A stretch of 64,000 bases of DNA from Histomonas meleagridis 2922-C6/04-290x. Its lineage: Eukaryota > Protista > Parabasalia. A model generated the notes under the pieces. It was not told the DNA's origin. It saw only the letters and a program-made list of their open reading frames with translations, and searched no databases. The position numbers and the translations under genes were made by a program. The stretch spans positions 1 to 64,000 of the forward strand of contig JAANOX010000062.1 of NCBI GenBank assembly GCA_020184695.1, written 5' to 3'. Positions 11,126-20,864 of this stretch are shown here, one piece after another (position 1 is the first letter of the stretch; each line of letters opens with the position of its first letter).

Positions 11126-13717
11126 CTAAACTTCGGCATCGATTTTTTTGAAATTGGATTTTATTGACTCCAAAAAGTGCACTTTTGAAGATGGAATTGA
11201 TTTGAAGTATTCCAAAATTGGTTCTTGTTTCGGCAAGAACAAATCTCTTTGCTTTATTGACAAGAACATTTGGATAGCTGAGCAAATCATTGATAACAAA
11301 TCATTTGTATCTTTTACAATTAATTTGTTTTCGAATATACTCCAAAACAATTCGCAATTAGTAACTGTTTGGATGTAATATTTCTCTTTTTCTAGTCTAC
11401 GGACAAATATTTTTAGTTTACTATTTGGGAATCCTTTATAATTTATATTAATCATATCTGGTGATTCCGAATAAATAATTGAAATCATTTGTTCAGATTC
11501 ACAATTCTCCTTAACATACAAAGAAATCAAACCCAAAGGAATCATTTCACCATTCTTAAATATGGAATAAAATTCATTGAAGTAATTACTTTCGTCAATT
11601 TTATAAACCGGCACGTAAACTTCTGAAATGACATTAATTTTTTTCAGATCACATATCACTTTTTCAATTGGTTCGTTAATTTCCTTAACGTACTCGTAAA
11701 TTCCCGATTCGATCAAATATTGAATGCAAACCGCCTTTTGTTTTTCAGTTGCTAATTGTTCACTTAACAAATCTTTTTGATCATCAGCAGAAGAATCAGA
11801 TACATATTCTTCCTCCTTAATAATGTTTCTAAGTTGTTTAAAATAAAATGACACGTTAAACAACTGATTATTTTTCCTTTCTGAAATCGGAGTTGAGAAA
11901 CTAAATTCTTTGGATGTTAAATTCCAATAATAAAATCCGAAAGAATCGAAAATTTGTATTACGTTTTCATTAAACATTAAAATTGCTTTATTTCCTATTA
12001 AGTAATTAATTGTATTTTTATATATTATATTATTTTCTGTTTTCGAACATATTATACCTTTTAAATAATTTATATATTTTATTGGTATTAAATCCTTTTC
12101 ATATATATCACTTAAGAAGTTCGAGAACGTAAGTTGAAAGTTATTATTAAATGATAATTCATTGTTCAATTTATTCAACTGAAGAATTAACAACAAAAAT
12201 GAAATTATTATATTTTGATCGTTTTGTGCATTTATTACACTTAATATCATAAATATCGTCTTAAACAAATCTTCGAAATTAATAAATGGTAATAACGATG
12301 ATAAATAATTATTATATGTCGGAATGATAAAGAAATCTTTTTTATATAATTCGATAATTTGCTTAAGAAACAAATCACTGTTTTGTTTAGATAAAACAAA
12401 AAGTAAATTTAAATCAACTTTTCGATTATTACAATTGTTAAAGATATGTTTAATGATATCTTTTGGAATTTTGCGATAAAATGATAAATTCACAATTAAT
12501 AATGAATAGTTAATCCAAAGCGTTTCATCAAAATCATTTGTTTGTGATGGTATTAATTCATCAAATAAGGAATTGATTAAAGTTTCGGATAATATAATTT
12601 GATTCTTAAATAAATGATACGAATTTTCAATGAATTTTTGAGTCGAAATGATATTTGTAATTGTTTCACTTAAATCTGTAAAATGTTTTTGAGTTAAAGA
12701 TAACGTAGAAATACTTAAAAGTTCAAATAAATTATTAATAAGTTCAAAATGTTCACTTTTATATTCTTTTGTTTGATATGATGAAAAAATAAAATCACCA
12801 AAAATATCAAAAAATATATCAAGTGGAAAGAAGGAAATATGTTCCGTTGTTTGTGCTCGCATGTATGACTTAAAATAATTGATTGTATTAGAAATGATTT
12901 GACTTATTGTTTTAATTTTTATGTTTTCATCAATGCAATTCAATGATTTATCGAAAAGTGAAAAAAACGTTTCGAGTTTTTGGAATTCATTGGTTTCATT
13001 AAGTTTCCCTTGCAAATAAGAGTCAGTGACTGTGCACAATAATTCAAATGTTTTGTTGCTCCATGAATTCAAGAAATAATTAAATTTTCCCCAATTTTTA
13101 CAAAATTGAACAAATATGTCCCAAAGAGTAGAGTCGGAATAATTATCTAAAACGCAGACAAACAACAAGTTAAGAAGGTTTTGAAGGATTTTCGTATATT
13201 GCTGATAAGTTTCATTGATAAAGATATAATCAATGATACCAATAATGAGTTTGATAAATACTTGCGTCGTCTCTTGATCAAATTGTTGATGTAGGTCTTT
13301 GTAGAAGGTTCCATATTCTTGTGATAATTCTAATAATATGGACTTTTTTTTAGGAATTGAGGTGTCGAATAAACATGATAGAATCTTGAAAGACCTACGT
13401 AAAAACTCATTTCTTTGATTAGTATCTTCAAAAAAGTTTTCTTTAAATATCCAATAATGAAATATTTTAATTGCTTTTGATATACTATCACTATACATAG
13501 AAGGTAATAACATACAATATGAAACAGATTGAATAATCCAATCAAGTTGCTCTGGTGTTTGAATTATATTTAAATTTCCATTTGAAGAAAAACAAGAAAC
13601 AGCAGTAATTGCAAAAGTGGAAGAGACAAACTCTGGCAGTTTATATATGACTTCATTTGGATTTTCTTCTTCTAAAAGGCCTATTTTGAAAACATGCTGC
13701 AAAACGGATTTCGACAT
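11126..13717 (-). CDS. Large alpha-helical protein, possibly RalGAP-beta/tuberin-like
   Basis: Long intact ORF. LDWIIQSVSYCMLLP...AIKIFHYWIF resembles the RalGAP-beta N-terminus; the C-terminal region weakly resembles a Rap-GAP fold. Probable ATG 13717. Confidence 0.5.
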   Translation of the reverse strand: MSKSVLQHVFKIGLLEEENPNEVIYKLPEFVSSTFAITAVSCFSSNGNLNIIQTPEQLDWIIQSVSYCMLLPSMYSDSISKAIKIFHYWIFKENFFEDTNQRNEFLRRSFKILSCLFDTSIPKKKSILLELSQEYGTFYKDLHQQFDQETTQVFIKLIIGIIDYIFINETYQQYTKILQNLLNLLFVCVLDNYSDSTLWDIFVQFCKNWGKFNYFLNSWSNKTFELLCTVTDSYLQGKLNETNEFQKLETFFSLFDKSLNCIDENIKIKTISQIISNTINYFKSYMRAQTTEHISFFPLDIFFDIFGDFIFSSYQTKEYKSEHFELINNLFELLSISTLSLTQKHFTDLSETITNIISTQKFIENSYHLFKNQIILSETLINSLFDELIPSQTNDFDETLWINYSLLIVNLSFYRKIPKDIIKHIFNNCNNRKVDLNLLFVLSKQNSDLFLKQIIELYKKDFFIIPTYNNYLSSLLPFINFEDLFKTIFMILSVINAQNDQNIIISFLLLILQLNKLNNELSFNNNFQLTFSNFLSDIYEKDLIPIKYINYLKGIICSKTENNIIYKNTINYLIGNKAILMFNENVIQIFDSFGFYYWNLTSKEFSFSTPISERKNNQLFNVSFYFKQLRNIIKEEEYVSDSSADDQKDLLSEQLATEKQKAVCIQYLIESGIYEYVKEINEPIEKVICDLKKINVISEVYVPVYKIDESNYFNEFYSIFKNGEMIPLGLISLYVKENCESEQMISIIYSESPDMININYKGFPNSKLKIFVRRLEKEKYYIQTVTNCELFWSIFENKLIVKDTNDLLSMICSAIQMFLSIKQRDLFLPKQEPILEYFKSIPSSKVHFLESIKSNFKKIDAEV

Positions 13718-15007
13718 CTTTTCAAAAAGTGGCACTTCTTTGGATGAAAGAAGAAAAAAAATCATGAAAAAATATATTGATTTGTTATTAAACATTCCAC
13801 AAACTACATCTCAAGTATCGGCATAGCCTTTTGTATCGTGAAATTTTTCATGATCATTTAAATGGTCCATTCCAAATTTCACTTTCCTCCACTGATTTAG
13901 ATATATTCATATATTTTTATATAAATATTTTTTTTATTTTTAGAAAATTTATAACTTACAGTTAAAGCAGAAATAGAAATTTTATTACAAAATAGGAAGC
14001 ATACAAGTTTTTGTATTAAAATTAGATAAATTATGACAAGTAGGAAAATTATTTATAAACAATAAGCATGCTTATTTTTTATTCATATAAAAATATACTA
14101 TCATGTATTATAGAATGCAAACAACATAAGGATTGGAACATATTCTGCTTTATGTTTTTATATGCTCGCTTTTTTAAAAAGATTTATAAGTTTAAATATG
14201 CTTACAATTTAATTTATTCTAAAAATATAATTTTTATAAAAAACTTTTTCCTAGTGATTTAGTAAGTATATTTGAATATATATTCAGATTTATACGCTAA
14301 TAATTATAGAGTTTTTTAGTTTATCATTCATTAAATGACAATAGTAAGATTTAATATAGGAAATTTTGAAACATATCTATTTACATCATTTAGAATCAGT
14401 AAAATTTTAGCTCATGGTGATTAAAATGATGCTTACAATAAAAGAAGTATTTTTCTTGAATATTTTAGACTCTTTCATTGCCACCTGAAATTCTAAAAAT
14501 ATGGCAAGCAAGCAGGCAAAAAAATGGCAACACATTTTTTGAAAAGTGACTACAAAAAAACTCTATCGGAGCGGTTATTGTCGTAATAACAAAAAGTGAC
14601 ATCGAACGATAAGATTAGAAATTGTTTGGTTTATTTTTTGAAAATTAGCACTTTTGCATTTCTGAAGGAATTGTGATATGAAAAACGATCGTTACCATAT
14701 GGCACAATTGCCCTTGGTTGAAAGAGTCTAGAATTTTATTATGAAAAAATAATATTCGTTCATTATTACGCATAAATGGGAATATATTTTCAAACATGGG
14801 GATTGAATGATGATGGCATTTATTCACATGTAAAAATGTTAATATTTGAATCGTATAAATTTTATTGAAATACAGTAAATTTACGATCAAAATATATTCA
14901 AAAAGTCATACACCCCAAAAAAAAATAAAAATGCCACTTTTGGCAAAAAATTTGATACACTGTATTCAATTTCTTTGTGTTTATTTGAATCATATCAATT
15001 CAAACAA

Positions 15008-15358
15008 ATGGGAAGACGTTCGTTCAACTACACACCAATGCGCGTGATAATCTTTAGTCCAACTGCAAATAATACAATTACTTTTGAAGTTAAAGATCAA
15101 AAATTCACAGATGCTTCTCTAGCAAAACTTAATCAACTTGAAAATATGGATTCTCAATCACCAACTCAGAACAGCACCAATACGCATCCACACCCACCTC
15201 TACAGATGCAATATTTTGTTCCATTTCATTCTGTTCCTTATAGACCACCACTGCCATTTGACATTGAGCTTCATCCAATTAAAATGTATCCTCCAATTCT
15301 CCGTGACAAAATCCTTAACAAAATTCTACAGCCACTTTCTTCTTCTGCGAAGAAGTAA
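15008..15358 (+). CDS. Small hypothetical protein with Pro-rich C-terminus
   Basis: ATG 15008 preceded by Inr-like TCATA. Coding-like composition; ends in TAAA. Confidence 0.6.
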   Translation: MGRRSFNYTPMRVIIFSPTANNTITFEVKDQKFTDASLAKLNQLENMDSQSPTQNSTNTHPHPPLQMQYFVPFHSVPYRPPLPFDIELHPIKMYPPILRDKILNKILQPLSSSAKK

Positions 15359-15609
15359 ATTTTAATTGGAATTAAACCAACGCAAAAATTTTATTTTTCA
15401 ATTCATTAAAATTTTACATAAACAATTTCAACGTATTAATGTATAATTATTGTAAATGTAAACAAAATCAAATTGATACTTTGTGACAATATAAAAAGTA
15501 AACCATTGAATATTTACCACAATTTTAAAATCTTTGACTACCGATAGAGGTCACTTTCCCACTTTTTATGAGAATATTCTCAAACAAAAAAAGTTTGTCA
15601 TTGTCACTT

Positions 15610-17250
15610 TTAGTACCTAACTCCAAAGATTTTTCTGGTTTCCCTTTCGATAAACGGTCTAATTCTTGCTGGTGAGTTAGCATCTGCGAAGCGGTTAACA
15701 GGGAATACGTTCCATTCGTGTGGCGATGCACGGTACATGACGCAGAAGAATAAGCCGGTGTGTCTTGTTGACTTGCTAAGGTTGATACGAAAAACTTCGA
15801 CATTTTCGCCAACAACCAAATGGAGATGGCACTTCTTAACATTCTTGAAAGGAACGTTGTTGAATGATGTGATCATGAAGCACAAGTAATGAGCTGCTGG
15901 TGGTAAAACTGGGAGATTGACAGCGATGATTTCATCATCACCACTTCCAACGCCTGTCCTATTATCACCAGAATGACGGATAGCGCCACCGAATTCTTGG
16001 AGCTTACTGAAGGAGACAGTGGAGACATATCTGAAGTTAGGATCAAAGATCATAACTGATGCATCGAGATCTGTCTTTGTATCCCAGCCAAGACCGACAC
16101 GGACAAGCTGAAGGCTGTTGTAGCCTTGAAGTAGAAGTGCACGGTTGATAGAAATTGGAACTCCGGGAACAAATGCGATCCTCCTCTTGATGAAGCGTGG
16201 GTCAAATCCACAGATCTGTGCAAGTTCTGGGGCAACTTCAATGACTGAGTATGGAACAACTGGAACATTCGGATTAGGGAAGCACCAGGAATATGGTTGG
16301 ACAGCAACGCCTTGTGGTGTGATTGTAAGAACTGCAATAACTGCTACGGTGGCTCCTGGTTGGATTTGTGCTGATAATCTTTGATGGAAGAATGGTTGAA
16401 GTTGATTTGGATCACGGCAAATAACACGCTTGCCAAATGGTTGGAAGGCTGACTCCGGTGAAAGGTAAAAGTCGACGGCAATCCATTGGAATTTGTCGAG
16501 TGTAACTTTGGGATCATTTGTTGATACTGTAATGAGAGCTTTGACAGCACCTTTGCCTTTTTTGTGGAAGAACATCTTTGCGAGATCAAGACGAAGGCTT
16601 GGACCATATGTATCATAGCAGAAACAGAAATTGATTCCAGAATGCTTAACACCTTTTCCTTTAGTCTCGCCATTGAATACGCATGAACGAAGTTCACCTC
16701 TTTGGCCAAAGGAAATAAGGCCAAGATCAAGTGGGCATGGGATATATCCAAGTCCATAATTTTGAATTGGAAGTGGTGGCTTGTATGCTGGAGCGAATGC
16801 AAGGTTGACATAAGCTGTTTGGTTTGGTGGAATTGGTGATCCTGGGAATTGTGATTGGAGTGGTTGGGAAGCCATGGTTTCGACTTTGATAAGAAGTGCT
16901 GGTTGCCAACCTTGTGGAAGCTTAGATTCATCAAAGGCTGGGTAAACTGGTACCCAAACTTCTTGGTTTAATGGGTAGAAAATTGGGTCAAAAACGGCAG
17001 ATCCTAACTTATCATGTTTCTTACCTTGATCAAAGTCAAAAATTTCGAACTTGAATCTCATTCCACGAATACCGTGGCAAACAAATGATTGGTTCCATGT
17101 AGGATTAAGGTTTCTTGGGATAACATTTGTCATACCGATTTGGATCTTGGCAAGAGAATCTTGAAGAACAATAACATATGGGTCGGAAGTTCCATTTGCA
17201 TCAGCAATTGGAAGTTGGCGTCCAGCTATCACATGAACCCTGAAGTTCAT
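15610..17250 (-). CDS. C2 domain + TerD-domain protein
   Basis: N-terminal C2 (RVHVIAGRQL...GTSDPYV...NLNPTWNQSF...DFDQGKKHDKLG). C-terminal TerD (VGLGWDTKTDLDASV...HSGDNRTGVGSGDDEII). A second degenerate TerD-like segment lies in the middle. GC-richer biased codon use. ATG 17250. Confidence 0.88.
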   Translation of the reverse strand: MNFRVHVIAGRQLPIADANGTSDPYVIVLQDSLAKIQIGMTNVIPRNLNPTWNQSFVCHGIRGMRFKFEIFDFDQGKKHDKLGSAVFDPIFYPLNQEVWVPVYPAFDESKLPQGWQPALLIKVETMASQPLQSQFPGSPIPPNQTAYVNLAFAPAYKPPLPIQNYGLGYIPCPLDLGLISFGQRGELRSCVFNGETKGKGVKHSGINFCFCYDTYGPSLRLDLAKMFFHKKGKGAVKALITVSTNDPKVTLDKFQWIAVDFYLSPESAFQPFGKRVICRDPNQLQPFFHQRLSAQIQPGATVAVIAVLTITPQGVAVQPYSWCFPNPNVPVVPYSVIEVAPELAQICGFDPRFIKRRIAFVPGVPISINRALLLQGYNSLQLVRVGLGWDTKTDLDASVMIFDPNFRYVSTVSFSKLQEFGGAIRHSGDNRTGVGSGDDEIIAVNLPVLPPAAHYLCFMITSFNNVPFKNVKKCHLHLVVGENVEVFRINLSKSTRHTGLFFCVMYRASPHEWNVFPVNRFADANSPARIRPFIERETRKIFGVRY

Positions 17251-17509
17251 AATTTGAAGTAATTGACGTTTCTCAATTAACTGACTAAATTGATTCAAAT
17301 TTTCCGGTTGCAGTTTTCGTGGTTTTTAATAAAATTGACCTCACAATCAAATTTGAAAGGAGCGGCCTTTCAATTCTTTTTGAAAACATAGTGGTGGTTA
17401 TTCAAGGGCAAAACAAAGGCGGGATTAACTTTTTGCGCACTTTACAACGCTGATAATTTTTATGACCGAATTTTTTCTGATGTTTACATGTGTTGTTCAA
17501 GTAAGGAAT

Positions 17510-17660
17510 TTTATAATCTGGTCAAATAACTCGTTTTGATAAAGAAATCTTTGTTCAACAATTGTTTATAAAGTCCCCAATCATTCTTTGAAAGTTTCGG
17601 AATTTTCAGTGAAACATGGATAAAATAATTTAATGTTTTTATAACTAAGAAAATCACCAT
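17510..17660 (-). pseudogene. Relic DUF3447-like fragment
   Basis: 21-nt exact match CCCAATCATTCTTTGAAAGTT at 17576-17596 and 1000-1020, translating as PKLSKNDWGLYKQLL. Confidence 0.5.
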
Positions 17661-18239
17661 TTTTCCCTAATAGATATTGTGCTTCATTATAAGAGAAGAA
17701 GAAGATGTATTGAGCATATTCAAACCATGTTTGCTTTTAATATATGTAATTAAAATTAAATTAACATTGCATTCGAGATAAAAAGAACATGTGGTTCTAC
17801 ATATCATGTAGTAAATAAAAATGGTTACAATCCATCAAATAATGAAAACATTTTTTTGATTCAATGTTATCTTGTAACAAATTGAAAATTGTGTCTTCAA
17901 AAGATAGTACTATATTTAAGTTTGTTTTTAGTATTTTGTATATTGTTTTGTATATAAGTAATTACATGTAATCGTGAGATTTATGAGCATTTGTTAGGTG
18001 AACTGAAAAATTATTTTAATCGCAATTCATATTTTCATATAAATGTCTTATTAATCAATTTCAACCAGCACAAATAATTTAGGAGAAAATATTAAACCCA
18101 AAAGCAAAACAATTGATTTAAATTTTCTTATTTCACTTGAATAATTAATATTTAATTAAAAAGAAGAAAATCTTGTTTTATCAATTGAACAAACAATTAA
18201 ACTATTTGATTCAAATTTTCCATATTCATTTGATTATAT

Positions 18240-19591
18240 TATAAACAATTTAGTTTACTATGCATCTTTTACGCAAATCAAAGATAGTTCTCTATATATC
18301 AATTATTTACGAACAATTCAAACAGAAGAAGAAATTAATAACAACATTCCCAAAATCATTGAATTTTTAATGAGTACATTTATGATTTCAAGTCACAAGA
18401 AGCTTATTATCTGATCGAAAAATGATTCAAAGAAATTTAATTAGGCAAAACTTTTCAAAAAAGATTCACTCAAAATATGATAATGATTTGATATGTTATT
18501 GTATTCGAAGTGGGAATTATGAAGTTATTTCATTTTTAGAAGAAAAAATGAAAATTAATGACAATGATATCATTGAATCAGTAGGAATTGGTAACTTATA
18601 TCTTACTAAACATTTTCTCCAAAATAATAAAATTCCAAAAAATATAATACTTTTTTTTGGTGAGTCTAAAAATAATGAGCTTATTAAACATATTTTAGAA
18701 CAGGATGGAATCGATGTTAATGCAAGAAATGTTTTTATATTTTTAAAATAAAACAAAGTTTGCATTAATATTTTAAAATTTCAAAATAATATTTGGAAAT
18801 TATTTAAATTAATGTTCATTTCAATAATTTTATATTTAAAAGTAATATTTGGACTTTTTTTGAAATATTTTATACAGCACTAATATATGCATTGAAAAAG
18901 TTCATACAGAAATAGTTAAATTACTTCTTGAACAAGAAGGAATTGATATCAATGCTAAGGATAAAATTTATTTTAATAATTTTTTGATTTAAAATAATAT
19001 TTGGTAATTATATCAAATATTTTGGACAGAACTTATGTTTGTATCTTACAAAGGTTATACAGAAATCTTTAAATTACTTCTTGAACAGGAAAATATTGAT
19101 ATTGATTTATTTTTTATAAAATTTATTCTGATAACTTGAACATACAATATAATATTTGGAAATTGTTTAATTTATTTAAAACAGCCCCCCTACCCGCAGC
19201 TTCAAATGGAAATATAGATATATTTAAATTGCTTTTTGCACTCAAGAGGGCCTATATTAATGATAAAAATCTGTTTATAATTTTCTTTGATAATTTTTTA
19301 TTACATCATAATATTTGGAATCTATTTAAAATTATTCATACAGCTCTTATCCTTGCATCTAAATTTAATCAGAGAGAACCGTTAAATTCCTTCTTGAACA
19401 AAGAGGAATTGACATCAATTTAAAAGATATTTTTTGTTTTAATTTAAATTTGTTATAATGATTTAATACTCATTAATCATATTTGGAAATTGTTTAAACT
19501 ATTTTATACAGCTATTTTTTATGCATCAGAAAAAGGAAATAAAAGAGTAGTTAATTTACTTCTTGAAAAAGGCGCTAAAGAAAGTTTGTGA
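18240..19591 (+). pseudogene. Disrupted ankyrin-repeat gene with spacer-interrupted repeats
   Basis: Ankyrin cores TALIYA...EIVKLLLEQEGIDINAKD, TALILAS, TAIFYASEKGNKRVVNLLLEKGAK, separated by AT-rich spacers. Several stops and frameshifts; final TGA at 19589-19591. Confidence 0.75.
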
Positions 19592-19661
19592 TGTTAAATG
19601 TCGCATTAAAAGATATTAAATACAATTAGTTTTTATAAAAATTTATCACATTTTAGTTTAT

Positions 19662-20732
19662 TTACAACAAATCATCTAAAATGTCATCGAATGAGTCGTT
19701 TTCTTCATGATTTGAAAACATTGACTTCGTAACATTTTTAATACGTGAATTGGATTGAAGTGTTCTAACTTGTATTTTTTCTGCTTCACAACCATCCATT
19801 TTCTGTTCTTCCTTTAACTTAATTGGTTTTGATTCAATGTTTTCATTAATAGTTGGATTTTTTCGAATTGGTTCAGATATTCCTTTAAAGAATGGATGTA
19901 ATAATGCTTGTTTAGCACTAATTCTTTTCAAAGGGTCCATTTTTAGCATTTGGTTAAGTAGATCTATAGCTTCTGGTGAAGCATTGGGAATAATAGTGGA
20001 AAGAGGAGTAGGAGCAAATTGGGGCACCCTGATTCCAAGTTTAGCTGCTAACCTAGAACCGTCCGGCCAACTATATTCAGGGCACCCCAAAATGGAACAT
20101 ATTTTGAAAATTTGATCTGTTTCTGATGTGCCCTGAAAAAGCGGCTTTAATGTGTAAAGTTCTCCCATGATAGCACCTACTGCCCATATATCAACAGGTG
20201 AGTTGTAAAATTCATGTCTAAGAACAATTTCTGGGGCCCTATACCATCTTGTTGAAATGTATTGTGTGTAAGGAGGACGACTTCTAATTTCTCGAGCGAG
20301 TCCAAAGTCAGCTATTTTTAGTACATCGCCTTTCCAAAGTAAATTTTCTGGTTTGATATCTCTATGGAAAAAACCACATTTATGTACATATGCAATTCCT
20401 TCAAGAAGTTGTGAGATGATAAATCGAATTTCTGGCTCACTAAAAGGACCATTATGTTCGTTTATTGTTTTTAATAAGCTTCCTTCAAGAAACTCGAAAA
20501 CCAAGTATAAATGCTCATTTTCGCGAAATACTTGAATAAGACGCTCTACATTTTTGTGTTTAATTTTACGAAGGCTTTTGACTTCTTTTGTTTGGAGGCA
20601 TTCATCAAAAGAAGAATATTTTTGTTTCATCTTTTTAATAGCAACAATTTCATTTGTTTCTTTTTCACGGCATTTAGTAACAGTACCAAATGCACCATTA
20701 CCAACCACTTCTATTTCATCGAAGCGTTTCAT
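19662..20732 (-). CDS. CMGC kinase, RCK (MAK/ICK-like) family
   Basis: GNGAFG, VAIKKMK, FFHRDIKPENLL, DFGLAREIRSRPPYTQYISTRWYRAPE. Confidence 0.95.
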   Translation of the reverse strand: MKRFDEIEVVGNGAFGTVTKCREKETNEIVAIKKMKQKYSSFDECLQTKEVKSLRKIKHKNVERLIQVFRENEHLYLVFEFLEGSLLKTINEHNGPFSEPEIRFIISQLLEGIAYVHKCGFFHRDIKPENLLWKGDVLKIADFGLAREIRSRPPYTQYISTRWYRAPEIVLRHEFYNSPVDIWAVGAIMGELYTLKPLFQGTSETDQIFKICSILGCPEYSWPDGSRLAAKLGIRVPQFAPTPLSTIIPNASPEAIDLLNQMLKMDPLKRISAKQALLHPFFKGISEPIRKNPTINENIESKPIKLKEEQKMDGCEAEKIQVRTLQSNSRIKNVTKSMFSNHEENDSFDDILDDLL

Positions 20733-20864
20733 GTTTTAGCTAAGCAAACTTAATCCGAAAACTCTTTTCAATTAATATTCGGTCATATAAATTTTTATTT
20801 AACGTTCTCTTATTTACTTGAATTTGACAACACCAACTTCTATCGTTCAGTTATACCAGCAAAA

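Noticed and set aside
15525-16934. Alternative-frame ORFs inside the C2-TerD gene
   Set aside because: Same shadow-ORF effect; no family features.
17352-17372. Hairpin TTGAAAGG-AGCGG-CCTTTCAA, and a 7-bp stem near 9468-9487
   Set aside because: Short isolated stems with no ncRNA context; plausible by chance.
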